The position numbers and the translations under genes were made by a program. A model generated the notes under the pieces. The model ran no database searches. It had not been told where the DNA came from and saw only the letters and a program-made list of their open reading frames with translations. Shown piece after piece: positions 20,983 to 29,664 of a DNA stretch of 64,000 nt; positions within the stretch are counted from its first letter, which is position 1; each line of letters opens with the position of its first letter. The DNA is from a bacterium (GTDB lineage: Bacteria; Electryoneota; Electryoneia; Electryoneales; Electryoneaceae), in assembly GCA_020444425.1 (NCBI GenBank), contig JAHLLB010000002.1, positions 13,250 through 77,249 of the forward strand. The letters run 5' to 3'.

Positions 20983-22398
20983 TTAACGGGCCTGGCCCAA
21001 CGCGCGATCATACTGCGCGCGGGCGACAAGCTGATCGTATTCTGCCTGCAACACGTTCACCCGGGCGGATTTGTACTGCAACTGGGCGTCCAGCACTTCC
21101 AGCTGTGTGCCGACGCCGGAATCGTAGCGGGCCATCGCAATTGACTGGCCCTTCTCCGCCTCGCGGCTGTTTTCAAGTGCAGCCTGCAACTGTTCGCTGG
21201 CTTTCTCAAATTGACGCGTTGCCTGGAAAACTTCCATCTGGATGCCGCGCCGGAGCATATTCTGCTGAAGGTCGACGTTGCGTATGTTCACTTCCGCGAT
21301 CTGCGACCGGCGGTGTGCCGCGAGGCCGTCAAACAGCGGAATGTTGACGATAAGCAGCGCACTCGTTCCGTTGAAGAACTGCTTTTCCTGGAAATCAAAC
21401 TTGTCCGATTGAGCTTGAGTTTCCCAACGTAGTCCTGCCATGAAATTAGGCCACAACCAGCTGCGCTGCTCAGCCTTCTTCTGATCGGCGTACAGCATCC
21501 GCTGCAAGTCCAACTGTTGCACCTCGACGCGGCGTTCCAGCGCGTAATCCGACGCGGTGGTGTAGTCCAGCTCCGGTGCGAGGACGACATCAGTGATCGA
21601 ACCGTCGATGGTGATCGGTGTGTCGAGATCCATCCCGAGCAGGTTCTTCAAGCCCTTGTAAGCGAGATCGCGGGCGGTTTCCGCCTCAATCACGTCCGGC
21701 TTCAGGTTGGACACGGCCACGCTCGCCCGGATGCGGTCGTATTCGCTGACCACGCCTTCGCCGAGCATCGCTTCCACCTGATCGAGGTGGCGGCGGGCCT
21801 GATCCAGCGCGTCCCGGGTCACTGCGACGTATTCATCAGCGACCAACGCACCGTAAAACGCTTGCACCAGTTGCACGCGCAGGTCCTGTTCGCTGACCTC
21901 AACGCCCATCTCGGCGATCTGCTTGTAGTTCTTCGCAATGCGCAAGCCAAGGCCGATCTTGCCCGCGAGCCACAACGGCTGGGTCAATTGGGCATTCGCA
22001 GAGATGTTGTTTTCCTGCCCGAATTTGAATTCTGCGACAAACGGTTGTCCAGGATTCAAGGCGTTCAGTTCACCCGGCATGGTGACTGGATTCGACGGAA
22101 TCATGAAATAGTGGTTGAACGTGCCGTTCACATCCAACGTCGGCATTGCGTTCGACCACGCCTCAAGCACCTGCAAGCGGGCTTTTTCCTGCTCGTGCAG
22201 CGCCATCTGATGCGACTCGTTGTTGGCGACTGCCATCTCCCACGCTTCGTCCCAATCGAGTACGACTCGCTGAGAGCGTTGAGTCTCATGCGCCATCTTT
22301 TCCTGAGCGAATGCCGGCAAAATGATCATGAACGCCAGCAGCCCGATCAGGCACAGAGGGACCACCCGGGGGTGGGATCTGCGTTTGTATGTCTTCAT
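20983..22398 (-). CDS. TolC-family outer membrane efflux protein
   Basis: Signal peptide, IPLFDG and RY.SG.GT.LEVLDAQ motifs. Confidence 0.9.
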   Translation of the reverse strand: MKTYKRRSHPRVVPLCLIGLLAFMIILPAFAQEKMAHETQRSQRVVLDWDEAWEMAVANNESHQMALHEQEKARLQVLEAWSNAMPTLDVNGTFNHYFMIPSNPVTMPGELNALNPGQPFVAEFKFGQENNISANAQLTQPLWLAGKIGLGLRIAKNYKQIAEMGVEVSEQDLRVQLVQAFYGALVADEYVAVTRDALDQARRHLDQVEAMLGEGVVSEYDRIRASVAVSNLKPDVIEAETARDLAYKGLKNLLGMDLDTPITIDGSITDVVLAPELDYTTASDYALERRVEVQQLDLQRMLYADQKKAEQRSWLWPNFMAGLRWETQAQSDKFDFQEKQFFNGTSALLIVNIPLFDGLAAHRRSQIAEVNIRNVDLQQNMLRRGIQMEVFQATRQFEKASEQLQAALENSREAEKGQSIAMARYDSGVGTQLEVLDAQLQYKSARVNVLQAEYDQLVARAQYDRALGQAR

Positions 22399-22416
22399 GA
22401 AATCACTCGTGTTTGC

Positions 22417-23028
22417 TCAGGATGAGCGTGCTTCGTTGGACAACGATGAACTTGTGAAATAGGGTTCAAACAGAGTAAGAACATAATGCAAGGCGTTGTC
22501 CGCAGCTATGGCATAATGTTCTGAAAACTCGCGAGCCTTGAACACCCGCTCGAGGAAATAACTGATCACGGTGGTCAGTTCTTTCACCGGACAAGAGGCA
22601 CTCAATTCACCCTTCGTAACTGCTGCGGCGATCCGCTTCTCCAGCAGGTGACGCAAGCTGGCCTCAAACGTAATGATCAGATCTTGTGCGATTGGCAGCA
22701 GCAACCCGACTTCTTCAAGAAAGAGTTCCTTATGAGGATGCAGCCGCTCGATCTCTTTGCTCAACACATCGAGATACGTCTCGATTTCATCCCTCAGTGT
22801 TCCTGTGCCAGGCATGGATGCCGACAATGTGTCGTACAGTTGCCCGTGAATGTACTTGACAATTTCACGGAACAGCTCGTCCTTGTTGCTGAAATAGTGG
22901 TACAGACTGCTCTTCTGCAAATGAGCGGCTTCCGCAATGTCGTCGAGTGTGGTTTTGCGGTAGCCGTGACGGAGGAACACGCCCGCCGCCGTCTCCACAA
23001 TCTCCTGCCGTTTGTCTTTTTCTGTCAT
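22417..23028 (-). CDS. TetR/AcrR family transcriptional regulator
   Basis: GYRKTTLDDIAEAAHLQKSSLYHYFSNKDELF. Start chosen at ATG 23028; TTG 23052 is an alternative. Confidence 0.9.
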   Translation of the reverse strand: MTEKDKRQEIVETAAGVFLRHGYRKTTLDDIAEAAHLQKSSLYHYFSNKDELFREIVKYIHGQLYDTLSASMPGTGTLRDEIETYLDVLSKEIERLHPHKELFLEEVGLLLPIAQDLIITFEASLRHLLEKRIAAAVTKGELSASCPVKELTTVISYFLERVFKAREFSEHYAIAADNALHYVLTLFEPYFTSSSLSNEARSS

Positions 23029-23056
23029 CGTCACAATCGACCAATCAAACAATTCC

Positions 23057-23070
23057 TTCGAATGTTCGAA
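23057..23070. promoter_or_regulatory. Candidate TetR operator palindrome
   Basis: TTCGAA-TG-TTCGAA just upstream of the tetR-efflux operon. Confidence 0.35.
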
Positions 23071-23172
23071 ACTTATACGTGAGCTCAGAACGAAAGCAAC
23101 AGTCGCTCGCGTCTCTCGAGGGGGTTCTATCAGCGGTGGGTGATCAGCCTCAAATGTTGCTGCAAGCTGGGC

Positions 23173-24168
23173 TTAACGCAGGTCGAACGTGAACACCGTC
23201 GCCAGCATGACACCGCTTCCATCCTCTGTCAACAACGGCTGCATCGAAAAGTTCCGTTGCTCTTTGAGCTGGAACATCTGCTCGGTGACAAACCAGCCCC
23301 AGAGCGCACCGAAGTAGACGTCGGACGGCCAGTGCTTAGTGGAGGTAATTCGTTCCAGTGCGACGGAGGTTGCGACGGTGTAGGCGCCGGTACGGACCAT
23401 CCAGTTCGGAAAATGATGCGAGACGACGCCCGCCAGTTGGAACAGGTTGGCGGTATGGCCGGAGATGAACGAGGCGCCTTTCGGTTTGCCCCAGTCGGTC
23501 CGGTCTCCCTGGTAGGGACGCAGACGGCTGGAGCCAAATTTCGTTCCAGCTTGTACCGCGAGCGAGAGGTAGATGGATTCCAGCATGTCGGCGGAGATGT
23601 CGCGCAGCGGAGCGTATCCGGTGATATAGCCGACGAGCATCCCGCTGATGTACCACGATTCGGTGAAGGCGCGTGTGCCCATCGGTTCGAAGAAGACGCC
23701 GATTTCGTGGAACGGCTTGAACCACGCATCGTCCTTGAACCGATGTACCTCGTCGTAGATCTCCTGGTCGGCAGTGTAGATGCCATAGCCAGCGGCGAAA
23801 GTTGCGGCGACGATCAAGCCATCCTTCCAGTCCATCCTGGCGGGTGACGTGTAGACGTGATACCAGTCTTTCAGCAACGTCTTGCCGGCGTACAATGCAT
23901 CATCCCCCACTCGCCGAAGAACCGGCATCGCGGGGCACCCATCGTCATCATCCTCGTCCCAGTCGTCATCATGGTCATCCAGCAAGTACTGGCCGGCGAG
24001 AGCGTATTGCAGGGATGGCAATTGTACTCCGGTCCAGCACTCGGATGTGTTATGTGTGGACAGGGCGTCGAAAGTGTTGTATCCGGCGTGAGCTGTCGAA
24101 ATTGAACCCAGCAGGAGTGCGACCAGGAGGACAATGATCAAAGGGGGGTGCTGAAGCGCGTGATTCAT
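23173..24168 (-). CDS. Exported PAP2-family phosphatase
   Basis: K......RP (KFGSSRLRP), SFISGH and RITSTKHWPSD motifs; signal peptide after ATG 24168. The ORF-track extension to 24318 runs through the tRNA. Confidence 0.85.
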   Translation of the reverse strand: MNHALQHPPLIIVLLVALLLGSISTAHAGYNTFDALSTHNTSECWTGVQLPSLQYALAGQYLLDDHDDDWDEDDDDGCPAMPVLRRVGDDALYAGKTLLKDWYHVYTSPARMDWKDGLIVAATFAAGYGIYTADQEIYDEVHRFKDDAWFKPFHEIGVFFEPMGTRAFTESWYISGMLVGYITGYAPLRDISADMLESIYLSLAVQAGTKFGSSRLRPYQGDRTDWGKPKGASFISGHTANLFQLAGVVSHHFPNWMVRTGAYTVATSVALERITSTKHWPSDVYFGALWGWFVTEQMFQLKEQRNFSMQPLLTEDGSGVMLATVFTFDLR

Positions 24169-24198
24169 GGTGCTGCCCGGGTTACGGGTCGTCAAACG

Positions 24199-24226
24199 AA
24201 AGGGCAATCCCGGTTGGAATTGCCCT
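24199..24226 (-). terminator. Hairpin or terminator after tRNA-Leu
   Basis: AGGGCAAT...ATTGCCCT with a short U-run on the minus strand. Confidence 0.5.
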
Positions 24227-24237
24227 CTACGTCGTTC

Positions 24238-24324
24238 TGGTGCCGGAGGGGGGACTCGAACCCCCACGTCCCTGAGGACACTGGTCCCTGAAACCAGCGC
24301 GTCTACCAATTTCACCACTCCGGC
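24238..24324 (-). tRNA. tRNA-Leu (anticodon CAG)
   Basis: GCCGGAGTGGTGAAATTGGTAGACGCG-CTGGT-TTCAGGG-ACCAG, a long variable arm, then GGGGGTTCGAGTCCCCC-CTCCGGC-ACCA; 87 nt. Confidence 0.97.
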
Positions 24325-24432
24325 AAAAAACGGCCGTCAATTCGGCCGTCGCAGATGGTACGGCTTCCGACCGGATTCTCGCAACGTCCTGTCTCGAACG
24401 GACTCTGTGCTCTGCTCCGGTCCGATTCGGAA

Positions 24433-26163
24433 TCATGAGCCCGTCATGCAGTCTTTCAACGCGAAGAACAGCGCACGCGCGGGTTCCTGTTCGAGATTGA
24501 CTCGACGGTCGAGCATTTCTTCCGCAATGATCTTCTTCCCCGACTTCCAGTCGGCGGCCGAAGTCAGTTTCGCGAGGAATCGGTCAAACTGTGCGGCATC
24601 GTTCGCGAAGATCTCGCGCACGACGTCTCCACGTAAATCACCGGATCGGAGCGAGGCAAAGCGATCCTTCTGCGGTCGGGGTTTCTCGGCGATCTGAACG
24701 GGCTGTCCATGTTCAACGTCACGCAATTCCTTAACCTGCGGAACGCTGCGTGATGTCATGCCGTTTACGGTCCCGACCGCGGGAGTAGGCCCTTCGTCGT
24801 CGTCATCCTCCCCCGAGTCGTCCTCATCGTCGTCGTATTCGATCACATCTTTGCCAAACAGGTACTCGATCGCCTCGAGATCGTCATCGTCGAGGTCGTC
24901 AAGATCCCGCACATGAAAACGGTTTGGATCCATATCGTGGGGTTCTCCTTGCTGGTCACTCTCAGTTGTGACGGTGTCATCGGTTGATTCATCCGGAGTG
25001 AATTCGTGAACGGCTTCCGGCTGTTCCTCTCCCCTGACTTCCTCCGGTGCGGTTCCCACCATTTTGCTATCTACAGGTTGTTCTTCCTCGAGCAATTCTT
25101 CCGCAGGTTCTTCGGACTCCAAGCCAGGGTCAAATTCTTCCTCGTCATCATGAATATTTTCAGATTCATCAGCGGTCGTTTCATCAACCGGTGGCGGATA
25201 ATCTGCGGACGAGGCCGCGAGATCGTCATCGTTCGTGGTGTCGTCTACAAACGGTTCGTCCTCGGATACAGGAACGTCTTCGAGCTCGGGTTCGGGCTCT
25301 TCAGCAATCTGAGGTTCCGGTTCCAGATCGGGTTCGATGGCTGGCGATTGTTCGTCTGACGCCGACAAGTCCGACTCCGGGATCGGTGCTGCATCCTCGG
25401 AGATCGCGTCGGGAATCGGCGGCGGAGCAGAGAGGCCGATCGCTTCCGGTCCGCCACGTTTCACCATCAGCGCATACCGCTTCAGGATACGGATGATCTC
25501 GTCACGCGAAGCGACATCGACGCCGATGTCCTGTTCCAGCATCAACGCTTTCGCCCATGTGCGCGCGCCACGATTTTCCAGGTACGGCAGGAGGTCGCTC
25601 AGCTTGATCGGTTCGGTCGTCAGGCCGGTGGTCTGCAGGATCTCGAGGACGGCGTCCCGGGACTGTTTTGTCGTCCAGGTGTCGTAGGCGTTCTGGAAGG
25701 CGCGCAGGAATCCACCCCGGTCGAGCATCTTGTTCGGTGGTACATCGAGATACTTGATACAGGCTTCGATAACGGGATGCTCTTCGGTGGGATCGAACTG
25801 GTTGAACACATCGGCTGCAGACGCGTTCACCCGGCGGCGGAAGAGACGAACTGCCAGCTTATCGAATTCATGGCCGGGTTTGGGCGGCAGGGCGTCGTAG
25901 AAATCCTCCACCACATGCCGGACGTCGTCTCCCGGCAAACGCCAGCTCTGCGCCATGGCGTCCACGAGCTGCCGCACGGCTTCCTGACGGCGGAGATCGA
26001 GTTGACCGTCGTGGGCGAACGCATCGGCTCGATGAACGGCTTCGTCCCGTGCAAAGTTATCGAGTCGGATCCGGCATTCTTCGGGAATACTCTCCCAATC
26101 GACCGGCGAAATGAACTTTTCCGCCCGATAAGTTTTCAGCCATGCATCGAGACGCTCTTCCAT
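24433..26163 (-). CDS. Hypothetical protein: helical N-terminal domain, long D/E/P-rich disordered linker, small helical C-terminal domain
   Basis: 576-aa ORF preceded by GATAGAGGGG. An acidic tract spans roughly residues 245-465. Confidence 0.75.
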   Translation of the reverse strand: MEERLDAWLKTYRAEKFISPVDWESIPEECRIRLDNFARDEAVHRADAFAHDGQLDLRRQEAVRQLVDAMAQSWRLPGDDVRHVVEDFYDALPPKPGHEFDKLAVRLFRRRVNASAADVFNQFDPTEEHPVIEACIKYLDVPPNKMLDRGGFLRAFQNAYDTWTTKQSRDAVLEILQTTGLTTEPIKLSDLLPYLENRGARTWAKALMLEQDIGVDVASRDEIIRILKRYALMVKRGGPEAIGLSAPPPIPDAISEDAAPIPESDLSASDEQSPAIEPDLEPEPQIAEEPEPELEDVPVSEDEPFVDDTTNDDDLAASSADYPPPVDETTADESENIHDDEEEFDPGLESEEPAEELLEEEQPVDSKMVGTAPEEVRGEEQPEAVHEFTPDESTDDTVTTESDQQGEPHDMDPNRFHVRDLDDLDDDDLEAIEYLFGKDVIEYDDDEDDSGEDDDDEGPTPAVGTVNGMTSRSVPQVKELRDVEHGQPVQIAEKPRPQKDRFASLRSGDLRGDVVREIFANDAAQFDRFLAKLTSAADWKSGKKIIAEEMLDRRVNLEQEPARALFFALKDCMTGS

Positions 26164-26379
26164 GATCCCCTCTATCCTGCGGAAACTGTACCCACGTGCA
26201 ACTGTCAGCTGGTATTGTCGGCACTGGCGAACTCCGGCGCAAGAGGAAATCTCTGCCGGTCCCGGTCAAAGTTGCCGACTGTCAAAGAGTCGGGAGACAT
26301 TTTTCGAGCATGCTAATGATTCGCTGGAAACGTTGTGAATATTGGGTTTCAGGAATGTAACCAGGCATTGAAGCAGAAA

Positions 26380-26395
26380 TGGCACGGGCTTTGAT
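26380..26395 (+). promoter_or_regulatory. Sigma54-like promoter (TGGCACG-N4-TTGA)
   Basis: TGGCACGGGCTTTGAT has a perfect -24 element, and the -12 element has GA instead of GC. Confidence 0.5.
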
Positions 26396-26404
26396 AGTGT
26401 GACA

Positions 26405-26490
26405 GGCAGGAGCTCAGCTCCGCCCTTCCCTCCTTTCCACCTGGAAAGGAACCCTTGCTACAGCATGTCCAGCGGGCATGCTGTTTTTCT
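26405..26490 (+). ncRNA. Candidate small RNA with three stem-loops ending in an intrinsic terminator
   Basis: Three hairpins: GGCAGGAGCTCAGCTCCGCC, TCCTTTCCA-CC-TGGAAAGGA and ACAGCATGTCC-AGC-GGGCATGCTGT-TTTT. The terminator faces +, yet both flanking genes are on the minus strand. Confidence 0.55.
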
Positions 26491-26561
26491 CTCGGGAGAG
26501 AAATCGCACGGACCAACGTAGACCCGTGCGAAGTAAACTGCGTCATCTGCGTTTCGCTCGA

Positions 26562-27032
26562 TCAATCCGTGAGCTTCATCGTAACTTCCATCACGAATGT
26601 CTCGTCCTTGACGGAAAACGGGATCACAATCACCGGTGTTTCCGCCTTGTGCCGGATGGAGTGGTTCTGACCGACAACGACGGATGGCACGGAGATGTTG
26701 AACGACAGCCCCTGCCCCGCCATTTCAGTTTTGGCGCCCCCCGCGACAATGTTGGCGACTTCGCCAATGCAGTCTTCCACGTCCCGGTTGATTTCGTCGG
26801 TGGCTTCGCCGGTCATCCCTTCAAAGAGCATCAGGGCAGCTTTTTCCGGGAAGCTGAGGGCGACTGAACCCATAATCTTTTTCTCGGCAAATCCAATCAC
26901 GCCGGTGATGTCGCCGGACGTTTTCGAATTGTCCTTAACAAAGGGGGTTGCCGCAACCGCGTCCAAGTCCATCATCATTTTAAGCGTGTTGATGAGGGAG
27001 TTGATGAAAGGGTTGATGTATCGTACGTCCAT
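26562..27032 (-). CDS. cheX: Chemotaxis phosphatase CheX
   Basis: YINPFI, DITGVIG, GEVANIVAG (ExxN) and ISVPSVVVG motifs. Confidence 0.9.
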   Translation of the reverse strand: MDVRYINPFINSLINTLKMMMDLDAVAATPFVKDNSKTSGDITGVIGFAEKKIMGSVALSFPEKAALMLFEGMTGEATDEINRDVEDCIGEVANIVAGGAKTEMAGQGLSFNISVPSVVVGQNHSIRHKAETPVIVIPFSVKDETFVMEVTMKLTD

Positions 27033-27052
27033 GGTAGGCTCTGTCTCCCGGT

Positions 27053-27409
27053 TCAGCCGACAACGGCCTCAATTTTTTCGAGGATGATCTGTTTTGTAAA
27101 TGGTTTGACAATGTAATCATTCACACCGTTCCTGAGTGCCTCCAGAACTTCCTCTTTAGCACCTTCAGTGGTGATCATGATAATCGGAACGGACGAGAAA
27201 TTCGGGTTATGCCGAATTTCCTTCACCAGGCTAAGCCCGTCCATAACGGGCATGTTCCAGTCTGTCAACACAAGTTCAATGCCAGACATGCGGCTCAACG
27301 CTTCCACCCCGTTGGAGGCCTCGACAATATCCGAGTAGCCGGCCTGCTTCAGGTGGTTGATAATGATTCGACGCATGGTGGCAGAATCGTCCACCACGAG
27401 GATCTTCAT
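27053..27409 (-). CDS. cheY: CheY-like single-domain response regulator
   Basis: MKILVVDDS..MR, LTDWNMP.MDG, MITTE and YIVKPFT motifs. Start at ATG 27409. Confidence 0.88.
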   Translation of the reverse strand: MKILVVDDSATMRRIIINHLKQAGYSDIVEASNGVEALSRMSGIELVLTDWNMPVMDGLSLVKEIRHNPNFSSVPIIMITTEGAKEEVLEALRNGVNDYIVKPFTKQIILEKIEAVVG

Positions 27410-27447
27410 CGTGGATCTCCCGTTTCCTAGGTCTAGCTCGCCCGAAA

Positions 27448-27930
27448 TCAGCTGAGTGTCGTGTCGATGAGGACACGCAACAGCCACCCTTCAACAGAAT
27501 AGTCAATCTGGATCCAACTTGAGGATGGATCCTGGAATTCAGCTTTTTCCGCCAGCATTCCGAATTCTGGAATGCCAAGGTTGTAAATGGTGTCTTCTCC
27601 GAACATCTCCACGCACAACCGACCGGTAAGCGTGTTCAGGATCTCGTTGACGGCGTCGCGTTGATGATCCGGCCCCAGTTCACCGTCCTCAAACATGCCG
27701 TAAATCGATTCCGTGATTGATTCCGCCAGCTGTTTCGAAAGGATCAGGACCGCTCTCCCGGCACGCGGCTCGATCAGATCGATCACCGAGTATACGTTCA
27801 ATTCGTCAACGAATTCACAGTCCGGAACTTTCCGCAAGGGCACGACTTCGGCGAAGGCCATGTTCTCAAGTGTGCCAATCAGGGCCGTGTCAACGGCTTC
27901 GATCAATGCATCTTGCTTGCTATCCGCCAT
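27448..27930 (-). CDS. CheX/CheC-like phosphatase family protein
   Basis: TLENMAF, DAVNEILNTLTG (ExxN) and LGIP motifs. Confidence 0.7.
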   Translation of the reverse strand: MADSKQDALIEAVDTALIGTLENMAFAEVVPLRKVPDCEFVDELNVYSVIDLIEPRAGRAVLILSKQLAESITESIYGMFEDGELGPDHQRDAVNEILNTLTGRLCVEMFGEDTIYNLGIPEFGMLAEKAEFQDPSSSWIQIDYSVEGWLLRVLIDTTLS

Positions 27931-28312
27931 TGACCTCTCCGAACAGGGATACCAACGTTTCGTTTAACTGTGGCGGTGACACGGGTTTCGGCAGCACGGC
28001 ATTCGCACCGGCTTCCATCAGCTGTTTCTCCCGCGCCTCGTTGCCGATACTGGTAATCATAATGACGGGAAGGTTTACGAACTTCGCGTCCTCCCTGAGC
28101 GCTCGAAGGAACTGCGCCCCGTCCATCTCGGGCATGTTGTAATCGGACATGACGAGATCGATTTCTTCCGTCTTCAGCAGGTCCAGCGCCTCCTTGCCGT
28201 TGCCGGCCTGATGGAAGGTGGCATCCTGCCAGCCGGCGATCTCGAAGATCCGTTGGATCATCATGCGTGCCGTGGCTGAGTCATCCACGATCAGTATTCG
28301 ATGGCTCATCAA
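27920..28312 (-). CDS. Second single-domain response regulator (CheY-like)
   Basis: ILIVDDS, MSDYNMPEMDG, MITS and LPKP motifs. Confidence 0.88.
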   Translation of the reverse strand: MMSHRILIVDDSATARMMIQRIFEIAGWQDATFHQAGNGKEALDLLKTEEIDLVMSDYNMPEMDGAQFLRALREDAKFVNLPVIMITSIGNEAREKQLMEAGANAVLPKPVSPPQLNETLVSLFGEVNGG

Positions 28313-29188
28313 TTACCCCTGCGATTCGCCCAGAATTGACTGTTCAATCTTGTTAAACTCGTCCAGAATATCCAGGATCAGGTGTTCCAGTGCAGCTCGA
28401 TCCAGGTTGAAGTGTTCGCTGTACCCATCGTCCAGAGTGTAGCACAGCGCATCAATGCCGGACCCGAATCCGATCGTACGCGCGAGCAGGTCACCGACGT
28501 GGACGGCGTACACCAGCGGCGCCAGTTTCGCAGGCGCTTCGGACGGTTTATGTGCATACCGGATCGCGGTGATGATGGTTTCGGGCAGCCGCCATTGTTC
28601 GGCAATGTGGGCGCCGACTTCGTCCCGATCGGTCCCGGTCAGCTCACGTTCAAGTTCGAGGAAATCGCCGTGTTCCGGATCGTCCAGCACATCAACGATG
28701 CGTTCGCTGTCTTTCTCCAGCGGATCGGACATTACAACCATGCCGATGTTGAAAAGCAGACCGGCGGTGTAAGCCAGATCAGGTCGTAGATCAGACTTTG
28801 CGTGGCGTGCGACTTCGCGTGCGGCGATGGCTTCCTGCAGACTGAACTTCCACAACGTGCCTTCATGCTGGGCATACCCAGCCATCGGGCGCTTCAACAG
28901 TTCGCCAGTGCTCATACCGATCGCGAGGCTCAGCACGAGCCCTTCGCCAATCTGCAGCACGGCCCGGTTGACCGTTTCGATCTGATGACCGCGTGAAAAT
29001 GCGGCGGAATTGGCCAGCTTGAGCACGTTCGCCGAAAGGTAGACATCGGTCTCGATGATCTTCGCCACCTGGCGCAGGTCATGGTCTTCGTCCGCCGCCA
29101 GCATCAACAGCCTGGATGCGACCTCCGACAGCATCGGCAACGCTTCGATTTCGCGCGCGATATCCGGGGGCAGATTTACAGTTCCCAT
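28313..29188 (-). CDS. HDOD domain protein with degenerate HD motif
   Basis: LP.L, VLKLANSA, AYTAGLLFNIG (HD replaced by FN) and W.LP..I..AI..H.P motifs. Confidence 0.85.
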   Translation of the reverse strand: MGTVNLPPDIAREIEALPMLSEVASRLLMLAADEDHDLRQVAKIIETDVYLSANVLKLANSAAFSRGHQIETVNRAVLQIGEGLVLSLAIGMSTGELLKRPMAGYAQHEGTLWKFSLQEAIAAREVARHAKSDLRPDLAYTAGLLFNIGMVVMSDPLEKDSERIVDVLDDPEHGDFLELERELTGTDRDEVGAHIAEQWRLPETIITAIRYAHKPSEAPAKLAPLVYAVHVGDLLARTIGFGSGIDALCYTLDDGYSEHFNLDRAALEHLILDILDEFNKIEQSILGESQG

Positions 29189-29664
29189 TGGCCCCTCGCC
29201 GGTGAACTCAGGTACACTTTGCCAGCTTCGATGTCGATGATCACGGTACGGCTGATCTCGCCTCCAATGTGTTCGGCGATCGGACCAAGACGATACTTCC
29301 AGAGGATTTTCTTGGTCGCTAATATGTTACGTTTTCCAATGTTGAAGGTGGCATTTGGATCCATGATCGACGCGCCTCCGGCGAGCCGGATGGTGAGCCG
29401 GTTCTTTGTGTCCCAGCCAGCACGCCGCATCCCCTTTAACAGGGCAGGGATGCCGGTGTCCGCAAAGGTGCCGGGCTTCGCCTCAGCCCGTTTCAGGTTG
29501 ATGCTCGATTCGGGGAGTGCAATGTGGAGCAGGCCCCATGCGCCACTCACCTTGTCATGTGCAATGACACCGACACACGACCCGAGTGCCATGGTTTTAA
29601 TCTGCTGTTGCGGATTTCGGGAGATACCGAACTCGCCGATTCCGACGTAAATCGTGTCCTTCAT
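29176..29664 (-). CDS. cheD: Chemoreceptor glutamine deamidase CheD
   Basis: LGSCVGV, H..LP, FAD, GGA, IGKRN and GG..SRT motifs. Confidence 0.9.
   Translation of the reverse strand: MKDTIYVGIGEFGISRNPQQQIKTMALGSCVGVIAHDKVSGAWGLLHIALPESSINLKRAEAKPGTFADTGIPALLKGMRRAGWDTKNRLTIRLAGGASIMDPNATFNIGKRNILATKKILWKYRLGPIAEHIGGEISRTVIIDIEAGKVYLSSPARGQWEL

Noticed and set aside
16609-23028. TetR-TolC-MFP-RND operon as a novel system
   Set aside because: It has an ordinary tripartite efflux architecture. The TM4 motif reads GILVVNAIVV rather than the usual DD/DN, which I noted but cannot interpret without an alignment.
24169-24318. N-terminal extension of the PAP2 ORF (MVKLVDALVSGTS...)
   Set aside because: It is a translation of tRNA-Leu. 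The real start is ATG 24168, before the signal peptide.
26215-26245. Sigma28 promoters (GCCGACAA here, ATCGACAA near 14198, GTCGAATA upstream of cheA)
   Set aside because: None has a TAAA-like -35 at the right spacing, and the 26215 site reads equally well as a sigma70 TTGCGC-17-GACAAT.
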